A stretch of 64,000 nt of DNA from an uncultured cyanobacterium. Lineage in GTDB: Bacteria; Cyanobacteriota; Cyanobacteriia; Pseudanabaenales; Pseudanabaenaceae. The notes under the pieces are model-generated. The model worked only from the letters and a program-made list of their open reading frames with translations, was not told the DNA's origin and made no database searches. Numbering within the stretch: the stretch's first letter is position 1; every line of letters starts with the position of its first letter. This document shows, in pieces, positions 10,670-20,178 of this stretch. Made by a program: the position numbers and the translations under genes. The stretch is taken from NCBI GenBank assembly GCA_963703315.1, contig OY969811.1, positions 4,192,001-4,256,000 of the forward strand, in the 5' to 3' direction.

Positions 10670-11824
10670 CTAAACTTCTTCATTAACGGAAAGGTTGCCC
10701 TCCGCAAAGATTTTGCTCAAGTTCAAAATTCCCATCATTTTTTCTTGATAGAGAACTGTACCTTGCAGATAGTCGCGATCGCCTTCACTGGTTGCCATCG
10801 GATTTGGTTTGATATCGCTCTTTTGTAAATACAGCACATCAAACACACGCTCAACAGGAATGCCCATCACTAGATCGTCAATATGCACAACGATCGCCTT
10901 AGAAGTCTGTTTCTGAGTATCTGCCTGCATATGTAAAGCACGGCGAATATCAATCAGGGTAACGATTTCGCCCCGTAGATTGATATTGCCCACCACGTGA
11001 TCAGGACAGCAGGGGATCGGTGTCACTTTATGAAATTCGGTAAATTCGCGCACAACCTCCAGATCTAAACCAAAATATTCATCGCCCAATCCCACGACCG
11101 CGAGGGGGCGTAACCCCATCAAGTCATTGCGTTGTGACTGCTGCATCAAATGCTCAGCACGAGTATGGAAAGTATGCTTTTCCCTTTCCGTGATCTGGGG
11201 GCAGAAGGTATCAAAAAAATCACCCTGCCTCTTTACCCAATGGTTAGAAGCGATCGCCTCCCTTAATGATGCCAATTCTTCAGCATCATCATGGAAATGC
11301 TCATGGTCTGAGTGATGCGGAGTTGTTGATTTTGAATGGGTAGATTTGGTGGTGATCTCCTCCATTGCATCAGCATAGTCAAATAGAGCCTCACTTTTCA
11401 GCAAAGCAATATTTTCTGATCCCAGTTTTGCCACGCTGCTGATCAGGCGTGATGGGTGACGTGTATAGATCGTACTTTCAATTAATTCAGGGGCGATCGC
11501 AATTACCTCCCGCACTTGATTGACCACAATACCGAGTATCTCCCCCTCATGCTCAATGGCAATCACCGAATCTGACAACTTATAGCCTTGAAAAGGATAA
11601 CCAAAGCGGCGGTTGAGATCCATCACAGGAATTAGCTTGCCCCTCAGATTTAATAAACCCACAATATCTTCAGGTGCATCTATGGCGATCGCCAACTCAG
11701 GTAGCGAGAAAATTTCCTTTACGGTAATCGCATCAATCCCGTAGGTTAATCCATGCAAAGAGAAGATCACGTAAGACGCTTGCGTATACTCTTGAGTCAA
11801 CATCACACTCTCCCCTAACTGCAC
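10670..11824 (-). CDS. cheW: CheW protein with two CheW domains
   Basis: Two GLLNLRG/GNINLRGEI motifs. True start probably ATG 11803. Confidence 0.9.
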   Translation of the reverse strand: MQLGESVMLTQEYTQASYVIFSLHGLTYGIDAITVKEIFSLPELAIAIDAPEDIVGLLNLRGKLIPVMDLNRRFGYPFQGYKLSDSVIAIEHEGEILGIVVNQVREVIAIAPELIESTIYTRHPSRLISSVAKLGSENIALLKSEALFDYADAMEEITTKSTHSKSTTPHHSDHEHFHDDAEELASLREAIASNHWVKRQGDFFDTFCPQITEREKHTFHTRAEHLMQQSQRNDLMGLRPLAVVGLGDEYFGLDLEVVREFTEFHKVTPIPCCPDHVVGNINLRGEIVTLIDIRRALHMQADTQKQTSKAIVVHIDDLVMGIPVERVFDVLYLQKSDIKPNPMATSEGDRDYLQGTVLYQEKMMGILNLSKIFAEGNLSVNEEV

Positions 11825-13107
11825 TGATATTGAATGCGAGTTACCATTTCATCCTTTGCCGAGGATGTTTTGGTAGCAGTCTGCGTCCCCGAAACTTGTT
11901 GTGTCCGATCAGATCTTTGGTCAAGGTTTTGTCCAGATTTCTGATCTACCCCCGATAGATTGAGATATTGACGTACGAGTTGTTTGAGACTCTCAGCTTC
12001 AAAGGGCTTCGTAATGTATTCATTAGATCCAGCCATTCTGCCTTTCATTTTGTCAAAAAAACCATCTTTCCCCGTCAACATAATGATTGGCAAATCACTG
12101 AATTGAGGCATCCGCCGAATTGTGCGACATACTTCCAAGCCATCGATTTCTGGCATCATCACATCTAGCAACAATAACTTAACGGGCTGATGATACATAA
12201 TACTCAGTCCATCTACAGCATTGCTTGCCACCGCTACTCGACATAGTGGCGATAATGTCCGTTGAATCATCTGCTGCACCACTGCACTATCGTCGATCGC
12301 TAACACCAAAGGCATCGTATCGGCTTTAGGCTGAAAAGTGACCCATCTTTCTTGTACCCATTTAGCGTAGGAATGAGCAATTTGTAAGGGGTCTTTATCC
12401 ACACAGTAAGCAATTTCTTCTAGCGATCGCTTGCCATCCACCCATTCTGTTAAATGCTTTTTGACGCTGGGTGGAATATTGTTGGTACTTCCCACCGTCA
12501 CGTAAGGGATTAATTGCATTGACGTGATCATTGGTTTCAATGATGTCCACCGATCCTTACGATGGGCAAGCTCTAGCAATAGATCCCCAACTTTCCAAGC
12601 GCTGCGTAGTTCGAGAGTTAATTTTTTCTCTAACCGAAAATTCCCCGCACAGTCCCAAATTTGCTCTAACCGCACAATCGTCTGCGCGTAAAATACTGCT
12701 TCAATCTCCCCCCATGTAAATAGCTCCATTGCGATCAATCGTTCAATCAACTCTTGAGTTGAATTAGCATCCTTTAGTTGCCGTGAAGCAAACTCGACGG
12801 CTGGAGCAATCCATTGCCGTTGTAACTTATGTTCGAGGAAATGGATGATTGAATGAATATCTGGTAAGCACGGCACTGCATACATCAGTTGCCCTTGCCT
12901 CCACGCGAGAATACAATTCGAGATTTTCTCGTCTTTAGTGTCTAGTTTCAGGTTTACAGTTCCTGAAAAAGCTATACTCTCTAACTTTTTTAAGAGAGAT
13001 AGCAGTTGTTGATTGTGAAACTTACCTTGCACAGTTTCCACCTCCTGCCCAAATGAGTGTGGATGAATCTCAAAGCTCTTGTTAAGTGAATTAATAATCA
13101 ATTTCAA
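11815..13107 (-). CDS. PatA-like response regulator (N-terminal PATAN/DUF4388-like domain plus REC)
   Basis: C-terminal REC (IDDS, LLDVMMP, MLTG, YITKPF); first gene of the che operon. Start uncertain. Confidence 0.8.
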   Translation of the reverse strand: MKLIINSLNKSFEIHPHSFGQEVETVQGKFHNQQLLSLLKKLESIAFSGTVNLKLDTKDEKISNCILAWRQGQLMYAVPCLPDIHSIIHFLEHKLQRQWIAPAVEFASRQLKDANSTQELIERLIAMELFTWGEIEAVFYAQTIVRLEQIWDCAGNFRLEKKLTLELRSAWKVGDLLLELAHRKDRWTSLKPMITSMQLIPYVTVGSTNNIPPSVKKHLTEWVDGKRSLEEIAYCVDKDPLQIAHSYAKWVQERWVTFQPKADTMPLVLAIDDSAVVQQMIQRTLSPLCRVAVASNAVDGLSIMYHQPVKLLLLDVMMPEIDGLEVCRTIRRMPQFSDLPIIMLTGKDGFFDKMKGRMAGSNEYITKPFEAESLKQLVRQYLNLSGVDQKSGQNLDQRSDRTQQVSGTQTATKTSSAKDEMVTRIQYQCS

Positions 13108-13284
13108 GTAATTAAAAATAAATTCTATTCATCTGGTTATTAATTACTTTGTGTTGAGCAAGAGACTACATAGATATTTACGTCTTTTATTATATTAAGG
13201 TTTTTTCGTGATTTAGACGTAATCTCAAACATTAAACTTAACTTTTGTCTATCAGCAATAACTCGTGATATGTCGATGACTGGC

Positions 13285-13356
13285 AAACCCCAAAAGAGAG
13301 TAGCGGCGCTTTGTACTGCCACTTTCCTTTGGGGTTTTAGCTGTAGCTATAGCTAT
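13285..13356. repeat. Degenerate copy of the AAACCCAAAAGAGAGTTGCGGCGC palindromic repeat
   Basis: AAACCCCAAAAGAGAGTAGCGGCGCTTTGTACTGCCACTTTCCTTTGGGGTTT...TAGCTAT resembles the copy at the window end. Confidence 0.5.
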
Positions 13357-13363
13357 CAAGAGC

Positions 13364-14572
13364 TTATGTGAGTTGATAACACTCACAAGCAATTTCCCAG
13401 TCTTCTTGAGTATGAATTACTAAAATTCTGACCTTAGAGTTAGGGGTAGAAATATCACAATCGATCGCCCGTTGGTTGTTTTTAGCTAAGTCTAATTGCA
13501 GTCCTAAAAACTCAAACCCACTACAAGCCGCTTCCCTAACTACAGCCGCATTTTCACCCACGCCTGCGGTAAATATCAAAGCATCTAAGCCGCCTAAACT
13601 GGCAATCATTGCGCCAATATGCGATCGCAAGCTATGTACATACACATCAAATGCTAGTTGGGCTTGCTGATTGCCCTCAGCGATCGCCTCAAGAATCGGG
13701 CGCAAATCTGCGGAAATGTCTGAAACTCCTAACAAACCTGATTCACGATTTAAAAGGCGATCGAGTTTTTCCACATTCATGTCAGGTTGTCGCAACAAAT
13801 GGATGAGAATACCTGCATCAATAGAACCAGAGCGACTGCCCATCATTAACCCTTCAAGGGGTGTAAACCCCATTGTTGTATCAATACTCTGTCCATTCTT
13901 AATTGCGGCAAGTGAACATCCATTTCCTAAATGACAAGTAATCATCCGTAAATCTTCGACTTTGCGATTGAGAATTTGAGCGGCGCGATCGCGGCAATAT
14001 TGATGACTAATTCCATGAAATCCATAGCGACGAATTCCCTGTTCTGTATATTTTGTTGGAATCGCGTAGGTATAAGCAGCAGGTGCTAAATGTGCATGAA
14101 AAGCGGTGTCAAATACTGCCACTTGAGGAACATTCCCAAATACTTTTTCAGCAGCGATAATTCCTTCCAAATTGGCAGGATTATGGACTGGTGCGAATAT
14201 GGCTAATTTGGCGATCGCCTCTTTCACCTGATCATTAATGATCGTACTTTGGCGATATTCTGCACCACCATGCACCACCCGATGCCCGATGATATCAACT
14301 TCTGATGGGCTTTTGAGGACTGGGGATTCGCCACTCCATAAAGTTTCCAGCATATTGGTAATAATCTCAGATCGAGAAGTTGCCGCGATTTCTTTTTCGA
14401 TAACTTTCCCATGTTGAGGTTTAACCTTTATTTCGGCAAATCCTTGATGATGTGTCCAGTCGATACTTGCTTCCCAAATTGGCTCAGGTGGCGTGTCGGG
14501 TAGTGCATCTTCTAAATCATATAAGCAACTTTTTTGACTGCTCGATCCTGCATTGAGAATTAGTATTTTCAT
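13364..14572 (-). CDS. ackA: Acetate kinase
   Basis: ILNAGSSS, GHRVVHGG, VFDTAFH, RYGFHGISH, HLGNGCS, FTAGVGEN. Confidence 0.96.
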   Translation of the reverse strand: MKILILNAGSSSQKSCLYDLEDALPDTPPEPIWEASIDWTHHQGFAEIKVKPQHGKVIEKEIAATSRSEIITNMLETLWSGESPVLKSPSEVDIIGHRVVHGGAEYRQSTIINDQVKEAIAKLAIFAPVHNPANLEGIIAAEKVFGNVPQVAVFDTAFHAHLAPAAYTYAIPTKYTEQGIRRYGFHGISHQYCRDRAAQILNRKVEDLRMITCHLGNGCSLAAIKNGQSIDTTMGFTPLEGLMMGSRSGSIDAGILIHLLRQPDMNVEKLDRLLNRESGLLGVSDISADLRPILEAIAEGNQQAQLAFDVYVHSLRSHIGAMIASLGGLDALIFTAGVGENAAVVREAACSGFEFLGLQLDLAKNNQRAIDCDISTPNSKVRILVIHTQEDWEIACECYQLT

Positions 14573-14587
14573 GGCTCTATTTTTGAT

Positions 14588-14935
14588 TCAATCTGAAATA
14601 TTCAAGAGTTTTAAGATTATTGATTTTAGTGGTTCTAGATGTTGCTGTGTGACCTCCTAAACTGTCTCTAAATCAGCATCCCAATAATGATGTATCAGAA
14701 TATCGCGCATTCCTGCGATCGCTTTCCAAGGGATTTCAGGATTTTGCATTCTTACGGATTGGGGGATTTTTTTGACTGCTTCGCCAATTAGTTCAAGGGA
14801 TCTAATTACTGCATAGGTAGTTTTTTCATCTTGCTCAAATTGCTGAAGGCTTTTTATGTCAGATGTAAACCTTTCTATCCTCTCAATTTCACGGAGAATA
14901 TCTTGCAAGAAATCGTCAAGTGGTCGTTCGGTCAT
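14588..14935 (-). pseudogene. HepT-like (DUF86) HEPN RNase toxin with a premature TAG
   Basis: HEPN motif [11 protein letters not shown] at 14657-14659 sits where W is expected (D.ETV-W), and the frame continues EVTQQHLEPLKSIILKLLNISD to TGA at 14588. Confidence 0.75.
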
Positions 14936-15372
14936 AGGTAGATGACCTCTGCTAAGATTTTTTCTTTAATTTGGGGCTTGAGTCCATCTTTTGTGACTAG
15001 ATCGATTTTCATTTGGAGGCGATCGCTTAGATAGTTTTGCAGTTCAATTAACCCAAATAGGCTAGGTTTTTGAGCATATTCTACAAGAACATCTATATCA
15101 CTGGCTGAGTTGTAATCACCTCTGGCGTATGAGCCAAAGATTCCTAGCTGGCGAACGTGATATTTATCTGTTAGTTCGTTTTTTAGCTCGGTGAGTATGT
15201 TTTGGATTTCTCTTAGAGTTTTGAGTGGTGTGCCTATGGAATGATTGGGAACTTCCGCAGCACGATCTAGAATGCCTAGAATGTAGCTCTCAACCGTGAC
15301 ATTGCTTTGATTGGCGATTTCAATCAGCTTTTGTTGTAATGATTCAGGAATTTCTATAGTTAATGGTTTCAT
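14932..15372 (-). CDS. MNT (minimal nucleotidyltransferase) antitoxin with an N-terminal RHH-like extension
   Basis: [10 protein letters not shown]...SDIDVLVE. The N-terminal [16 protein letters not shown] segment is RHH-like. ATGA overlap with the HEPN gene; the ORF track starts at 15396. Confidence 0.85.
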   Translation of the reverse strand: MKPLTIEIPESLQQKLIEIANQSNVTVESYILGILDRAAEVPNHSIGTPLKTLREIQNILTELKNELTDKYHVRQLGIFGSYARGDYNSASDIDVLVEYAQKPSLFGLIELQNYLSDRLQMKIDLVTKDGLKPQIKEKILAEVIYL

Positions 15373-15398
15373 TTTACAAATCCTTCCATACTTCATTA

Positions 15399-15611
15399 CT
15401 ATGCTGCTAGGGTTTCAAAGGAAAATCTGAGATTAGATGATTCTTGGAGGCTGTAGTTGAGCTTTTCAAATCCAATAACTACACCAGATTTATTTTTCAT
15501 CAGGATTACTTCATCGCCTGTTTCTTCGCAGATATATTCTTGGTTAGGATCACCAAACCAGACGGTGAGAGTGTTTCCTAGTTTGTCGTAGTAGACTTTT
15601 ACTTCTGCCAT
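15399..15611 (-). CDS. DUF2283-like putative antitoxin
   Basis: MAEVKVYYDKLGNTLTVWFGDP...EVILMKNKSGVVIGFE; ATG at 15611 overlaps the end of the upstream gene. Confidence 0.75.
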   Translation of the reverse strand: MAEVKVYYDKLGNTLTVWFGDPNQEYICEETGDEVILMKNKSGVVIGFEKLNYSLQESSNLRFSFETLAA

Positions 15612-15913
15612 AGTTTTTCTCCTTCTTTGATTGCATCGGTGGGATAGGTGGTAATCAGGAATCCGTTGCCGTTGAGTCGTCTGGTGACTGCACAGACCCA
15701 ACGTTTTTGATTTCTGGCTCGATAGAACAGGTAAACATCGCGATCGCTTTTACTGCAACGGATTTCATCGGGTTGTGCGAGGGTTTCGCGGACTTCGGCT
15801 TCACAGTTGAGCATGATCGGATGTTTGATGGTGGTGATGATGTCCCAATAGGCTTGGGTGACGCGAACTGTGAAGTTAAGTGGTGTAAGTACTTCAAATA
15901 GTAATTCCTCCAT
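15599..15913 (-). CDS. DUF4258-like putative toxin (RelE/BrnT-like fold)
   Basis: WDIITTIKHP...PDEIRCSKSD..VYLFY...GFLITTYPTDAIKEG; overlaps the DUF2283-like partner. Confidence 0.7.
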   Translation of the reverse strand: MEELLFEVLTPLNFTVRVTQAYWDIITTIKHPIMLNCEAEVRETLAQPDEIRCSKSDRDVYLFYRARNQKRWVCAVTRRLNGNGFLITTYPTDAIKEGEKLWQK

Positions 15914-15963
15914 TTTTGTTTACCCATTGTTTTCAATGAAGTTTTTCATTTACTCTTATCCTC

Positions 15964-18900
15964 CTATGTACAGTTCAGACAACCAAGATTCGATTTTGAC
16001 GATGAGTTGTTTTGTGGAGAATGCCATGCAAAGTAGAAATCGGAATAAGTCATATTTTGAGAACAGTGCCACAAAACCAAATAAGAATTTTTGTACGAAC
16101 TAAAATTCTCTTTTTTGACAGTATTTTTTATACAATTTCTTAACCTACTAACTAACTGCACAAGCAACTCATTGTTTGTGATTCTTTCTAAATATTGATG
16201 ACACTGTTCGTGTACTTTGTTATCCAGAGAATTTATTAGAAGAGATATAAGTATTTTTGTAGAGTAATAATTTGTTTGATCTACGTCTAAGATAGTGGCT
16301 GCCATATATAACTTAGTATTATCATCTTCGGCATTATCTAATACTCTCATTAGATGTGCTATAACTCTTTGATCAAAGATACCCAACCATCGCAAAACTA
16401 AATCTAATATTTGAAAGTCAGATTTTTCTTGGCATTCAGAAATTGCTAAAAGTATTTTATATACTGATCTTTCAATGTCTACGTCTATTAAATCTATAAT
16501 TTCTAAAAGAGGTTGTGGTGTATATGGAATCTCAAGACTTTTATGTAGAGTTTTTGCTGGATTTTGTGGATGTGGTAAATAGTAGTCAATTACATAAGAA
16601 TGAGTTTTAATATAATTATTATTTTTAGTAATCAAACAGAGATTGTCTTCTTCTATAGGGTAAAGTTCTTTTAAAAGCTGCTGAGCAATTAAAAAAATAT
16701 TTTCATTTTTTGTATTTTCTAAGATTGAAAATAATCCTACAATAGCATCAATATTATCAATTTCTCTACTAGTAATACTAACAATAATTGCAATGCGAAT
16801 TATTTCATCAATATCTGAATTTAAGATGTTATTATATATTTCTTTTGTTTTTAAATCATGAGGAGAAACTTTAAATAAATATTCGCAAATGTGAAAACAT
16901 TTCCAAGCTATAGCATTATCATGAACAAGTTTATTCTCATGAAAATTCAATAATTGATTTAGTTTATATTTAATTCTAATTGGATCTAACTTACCTAAAA
17001 TCTCTCTCGCTATTCTAATATTTACTTCTAATATGTTGTCAGAATTGAAAGACCATTCAATAATCTGATCTATAATTGTATTAGTGAATTCATGATCATA
17101 AAATTCACTAGTAATCTTCGCAGCTAAACAATACGCATAATAATTATAGAGATTCATACAGCCGTCATAAAAGTGAAGTAGACTTTTGATAAAATCACTT
17201 TTTATATTTATCTCATTGCGCCCCAACCAAATTAGAATTACTTCTTCCCAAGACAGAGAAAAAGCTCTGTATTTTTCATCCTGTATTGGTCTGTCTAAAT
17301 GATTTTTAGGCAAAAAGAAATCCCAATCAGAAATTGATAAAGCAGCAAAATACTCTTGAAACGTTGTATGCCAAAAAGCATACGTGTTCTTATTAAGATT
17401 TTTTGAATATTTCCCTACTTGATTTAGTAGTCCAAATTTTTTGGTTGCTTGCCAAAACAAGCTATTTTCATCTTCTAAATCACCGAGGATTTTGCTGATC
17501 TCATCTTCTGGCAATAAATATCTATAGTCTTCACTGTCGAGTGCAAATACAGCTAATTTACCTAATGCATTTTCTAATTGCTTGCTAGATTGTATTCCTT
17601 TCTGTTTATAGAATGCTTTAAGCATTAACCGATAAAGTTCTGCTCTTGTATCAGGTAAATTTTCTTCTCCATTTTTCCACAAATAACATAGTAAAGCTAA
17701 GCGTAAAGGGTTTGCGACCATATCCCGAAGTCTTGACTTGCTTTCATCTCTTAATACTTCCTTTAGACTACCAGCAAGATTCTCTCCATCTCCCCAAGAA
17801 AACCGATCAATAAAATCCTCTACCTGATCTGGATAAGTAAATGGAATAATTCGATATACATCAAATGCACCTTGCCATTGAGTATCCCAAGTATTAATAC
17901 GACAAGTTAAAATAACCTGAACATTATCAAAAAGAGTTTTTTTTAACTGTTCGCGTAGATTACCTAAAATATTTTGTTCATTTGACTCATCCGCGCCATC
18001 AAGTAACAAAACAACTCGACCACTATTTAATAAATCATTCAAAGATTGTAGATACTGATCTGCAATCTTTAGACTAGAAGATTTTCTTGTTACTTCTTTC
18101 AGGTATTCATCTTCTAGATAAGCTTCGATATTTTGGGTAACTTGCTTCAATGAAATCCATATTGGCACTAGATCCTTATTCAGAGATTCAAGGTAAATAC
18201 CAATACGCTGAAGCAACGTAGTCTTTCCTGCTCCTGCTTCACCAGTAATTGCAATCCTTAAACCTTGGCTGTTTTTTGTCTTGCGATCGCGAATAATCTC
18301 ATCCAAAAACTTATCCGTAGTTGGAAACCTTTCACCTTCCTCATTTTCAGTGGGTTGATAAAAGCTTGATCCTTGCTCAGAACTCAGAATGTCATCACGT
18401 TTTTTTGATATTTGCTTGCGTTCTACTATTTCTAGAGAGACAACATTACTCTGATCGGCAGTCAGTCCAATTTCTGCCATCAAAGGATTTTCGTTAGTCG
18501 TTAAGTATTTATAACTTCTTTTAGAGGCTTCTTTACACAGTTCATCTATATTAAGTTTGACATAATCTGAAGCTAATTGAATCCCATCAGAACTCAGTAA
18601 TCGTTTCCAATGTTGTAAATTTCGACATCCACGAATTGTTATAAGTTGTAGACCCTCCGCACAAAGGATTTTCCAAACACTAGCTGACTGATTACGATCA
18701 TGTAAAAGTTGAGATAGCAGATATTGAACTTTATTCCCATCCTGTAATCCTTCATCTAGATCTCGGACAATAATTACCATCCTTCTAAAAAATTCTAGAT
18801 CAGATTCAGGTAAATTTGCTTCAAGAAACTTACTTTGAACTTCTTTTGTTATCGTCTTTAGATCGTCATTACGTCCTTGCCCCAGACGCTTAAAATCATG

Positions 18901-19242
18901 GCGTAAGTCTTCTCGAATAGTTTTGCTAGCAGTCGAGTCAGTTAGGATTACTCCATAAAGTTCGGGATCAGCCTTAAGTCCTTTTCCTAGCTTTATCAAA
19001 GGTTCCCAGAGCTTATCTTTTTGCAATCCATGTTTAGCTTGGAGTTCGATCTTAATACCACTACGCAGAGTGATACATAAGTCATCGCCAGCCCCACCAG
19101 TTTCGCTAGCTACAGAAATTGGCACGTCAGGGTCGTTATCTTCAATCCAGCGCAAACTTTCTTCAGCCAAAATGTGAGCAGCGACATAGGCTGTTGCTCT
19201 AGCTTGATATTCATATCCGCCGCCACCACCACTACCACTCAT
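15964..19242 (-). CDS. NACHT (STAND) NTPase with N-terminal restriction-endonuclease-like domain and C-terminal helical (HEAT-like) repeats
   Basis: N-terminal GYEYQ...GDDL...IELQAK (PD-(D/E)xK-like); Walker A GEAGAGKT; Walker B LLLDGADE; NPLRLALLC; FWHTTFQEYFAA; C-terminal LWHCSQNMTYSDFYFAWH. Confidence 0.85.
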   Translation of the reverse strand: MSGSGGGGGYEYQARATAYVAAHILAEESLRWIEDNDPDVPISVASETGGAGDDLCITLRSGIKIELQAKHGLQKDKLWEPLIKLGKGLKADPELYGVILTDSTASKTIREDLRHDFKRLGQGRNDDLKTITKEVQSKFLEANLPESDLEFFRRMVIIVRDLDEGLQDGNKVQYLLSQLLHDRNQSASVWKILCAEGLQLITIRGCRNLQHWKRLLSSDGIQLASDYVKLNIDELCKEASKRSYKYLTTNENPLMAEIGLTADQSNVVSLEIVERKQISKKRDDILSSEQGSSFYQPTENEEGERFPTTDKFLDEIIRDRKTKNSQGLRIAITGEAGAGKTTLLQRIGIYLESLNKDLVPIWISLKQVTQNIEAYLEDEYLKEVTRKSSSLKIADQYLQSLNDLLNSGRVVLLLDGADESNEQNILGNLREQLKKTLFDNVQVILTCRINTWDTQWQGAFDVYRIIPFTYPDQVEDFIDRFSWGDGENLAGSLKEVLRDESKSRLRDMVANPLRLALLCYLWKNGEENLPDTRAELYRLMLKAFYKQKGIQSSKQLENALGKLAVFALDSEDYRYLLPEDEISKILGDLEDENSLFWQATKKFGLLNQVGKYSKNLNKNTYAFWHTTFQEYFAALSISDWDFFLPKNHLDRPIQDEKYRAFSLSWEEVILIWLGRNEINIKSDFIKSLLHFYDGCMNLYNYYAYCLAAKITSEFYDHEFTNTIIDQIIEWSFNSDNILEVNIRIAREILGKLDPIRIKYKLNQLLNFHENKLVHDNAIAWKCFHICEYLFKVSPHDLKTKEIYNNILNSDIDEIIRIAIIVSITSREIDNIDAIVGLFSILENTKNENIFLIAQQLLKELYPIEEDNLCLITKNNNYIKTHSYVIDYYLPHPQNPAKTLHKSLEIPYTPQPLLEIIDLIDVDIERSVYKILLAISECQEKSDFQILDLVLRWLGIFDQRVIAHLMRVLDNAEDDNTKLYMAATILDVDQTNYYSTKILISLLINSLDNKVHEQCHQYLERITNNELLVQLVSRLRNCIKNTVKKENFSSYKNSYLVLWHCSQNMTYSDFYFAWHSPQNNSSSKSNLGCLNCT

Positions 19243-19483
19243 TCGATTAATTAACTTGACTTAACTGTGACAATTAACTGTAATCCTAACCCATTCAACC
19301 ATTGATTTAACTCATACACCGCTTGACTTTTATCACTTGCGTCAAAATCTTTCATCCATTGCCGATCGCCTTCACCACCCAATGCGATCGCCTATCCCTC
19401 AACCTCCTACGATAACTTGGTCGCGATCGCACGCAAATCGGCAAAATCTTCCGTTTTTTCGATTGGGATCGCTCACCAAATTT

Positions 19484-20122
19484 TTAAGTGCCAGATAGCG
19501 ATCGCAAATCAGCATCCATAAAACTGCGATCGCCTAAAACCTTGAGCATTGGACCCAATGCACCAAACTGAACTACGCTCAGCGAGGCGGCTGGTACATC
19601 AATGCGATCGCGATATCTGCCCATATCAATTCCCAATAAACCACAGAGAATGACGCGAATTGTTGCCTTGTGGGAAACGACTAATACATTACCCGATGGA
19701 TACATTTCTTGGATTTCAGCAACTACGAAGGAAGCACGACTCGCAAGTTGTACCGCCGTTTCGCCGCCTGTGGGTGGATTCCAAGCAGGTTCCGTTAACC
19801 AACGTAGATAATCATCCGTATAATTCTCTTTGACAAAATCATTAGTCAATCCTTCCCATTTGCCATAGCGCAATTCTCGCAAACCATCGCGAAATTGCAT
19901 TTCCATACCGATCGCCTTACATAAAGGAGTAGCAGTAGCGATTGTGCGTTTCATTGGACTCACAAACACAGCATCCCATGCGATCGCTTTATGGGCATTG
20001 GCAAAAGCTGCTGCCATTCTTTCGCCATTCTCAGTTAACTCAGGATCAAGATCGCCACAATAGCCACCAGTGCGACTATAGGCGGTTTCACCATGACGGA
20101 GTAGATATAGTTTTAAGCTCAT
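19484..20122 (-). CDS. Histidine phosphatase (phosphoglycerate mutase-like) family protein
   Basis: LLRHGET, LRELRYGKWEG, VVSH. Confidence 0.9.
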   Translation of the reverse strand: MSLKLYLLRHGETAYSRTGGYCGDLDPELTENGERMAAAFANAHKAIAWDAVFVSPMKRTIATATPLCKAIGMEMQFRDGLRELRYGKWEGLTNDFVKENYTDDYLRWLTEPAWNPPTGGETAVQLASRASFVVAEIQEMYPSGNVLVVSHKATIRVILCGLLGIDMGRYRDRIDVPAASLSVVQFGALGPMLKVLGDRSFMDADLRSLSGT

Positions 20123-20136
20123 AATTCCTTATTGAT

Positions 20137-20177
20137 TTGCTCCCCTCTCCCACTGGGAGAGGGGCTGGGGGTGAGGG
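20137..20177. repeat. Short dispersed palindromic repeat (CCCCTCTCCC/GGGAGAGGGG family)
   Basis: TTGCTCCCCTCTCCCACTGGGAGAGGGGCTGGGGGTGAGGG; a second copy lies inside mutL. Confidence 0.75.
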
Positions 20178-20178
20178 T

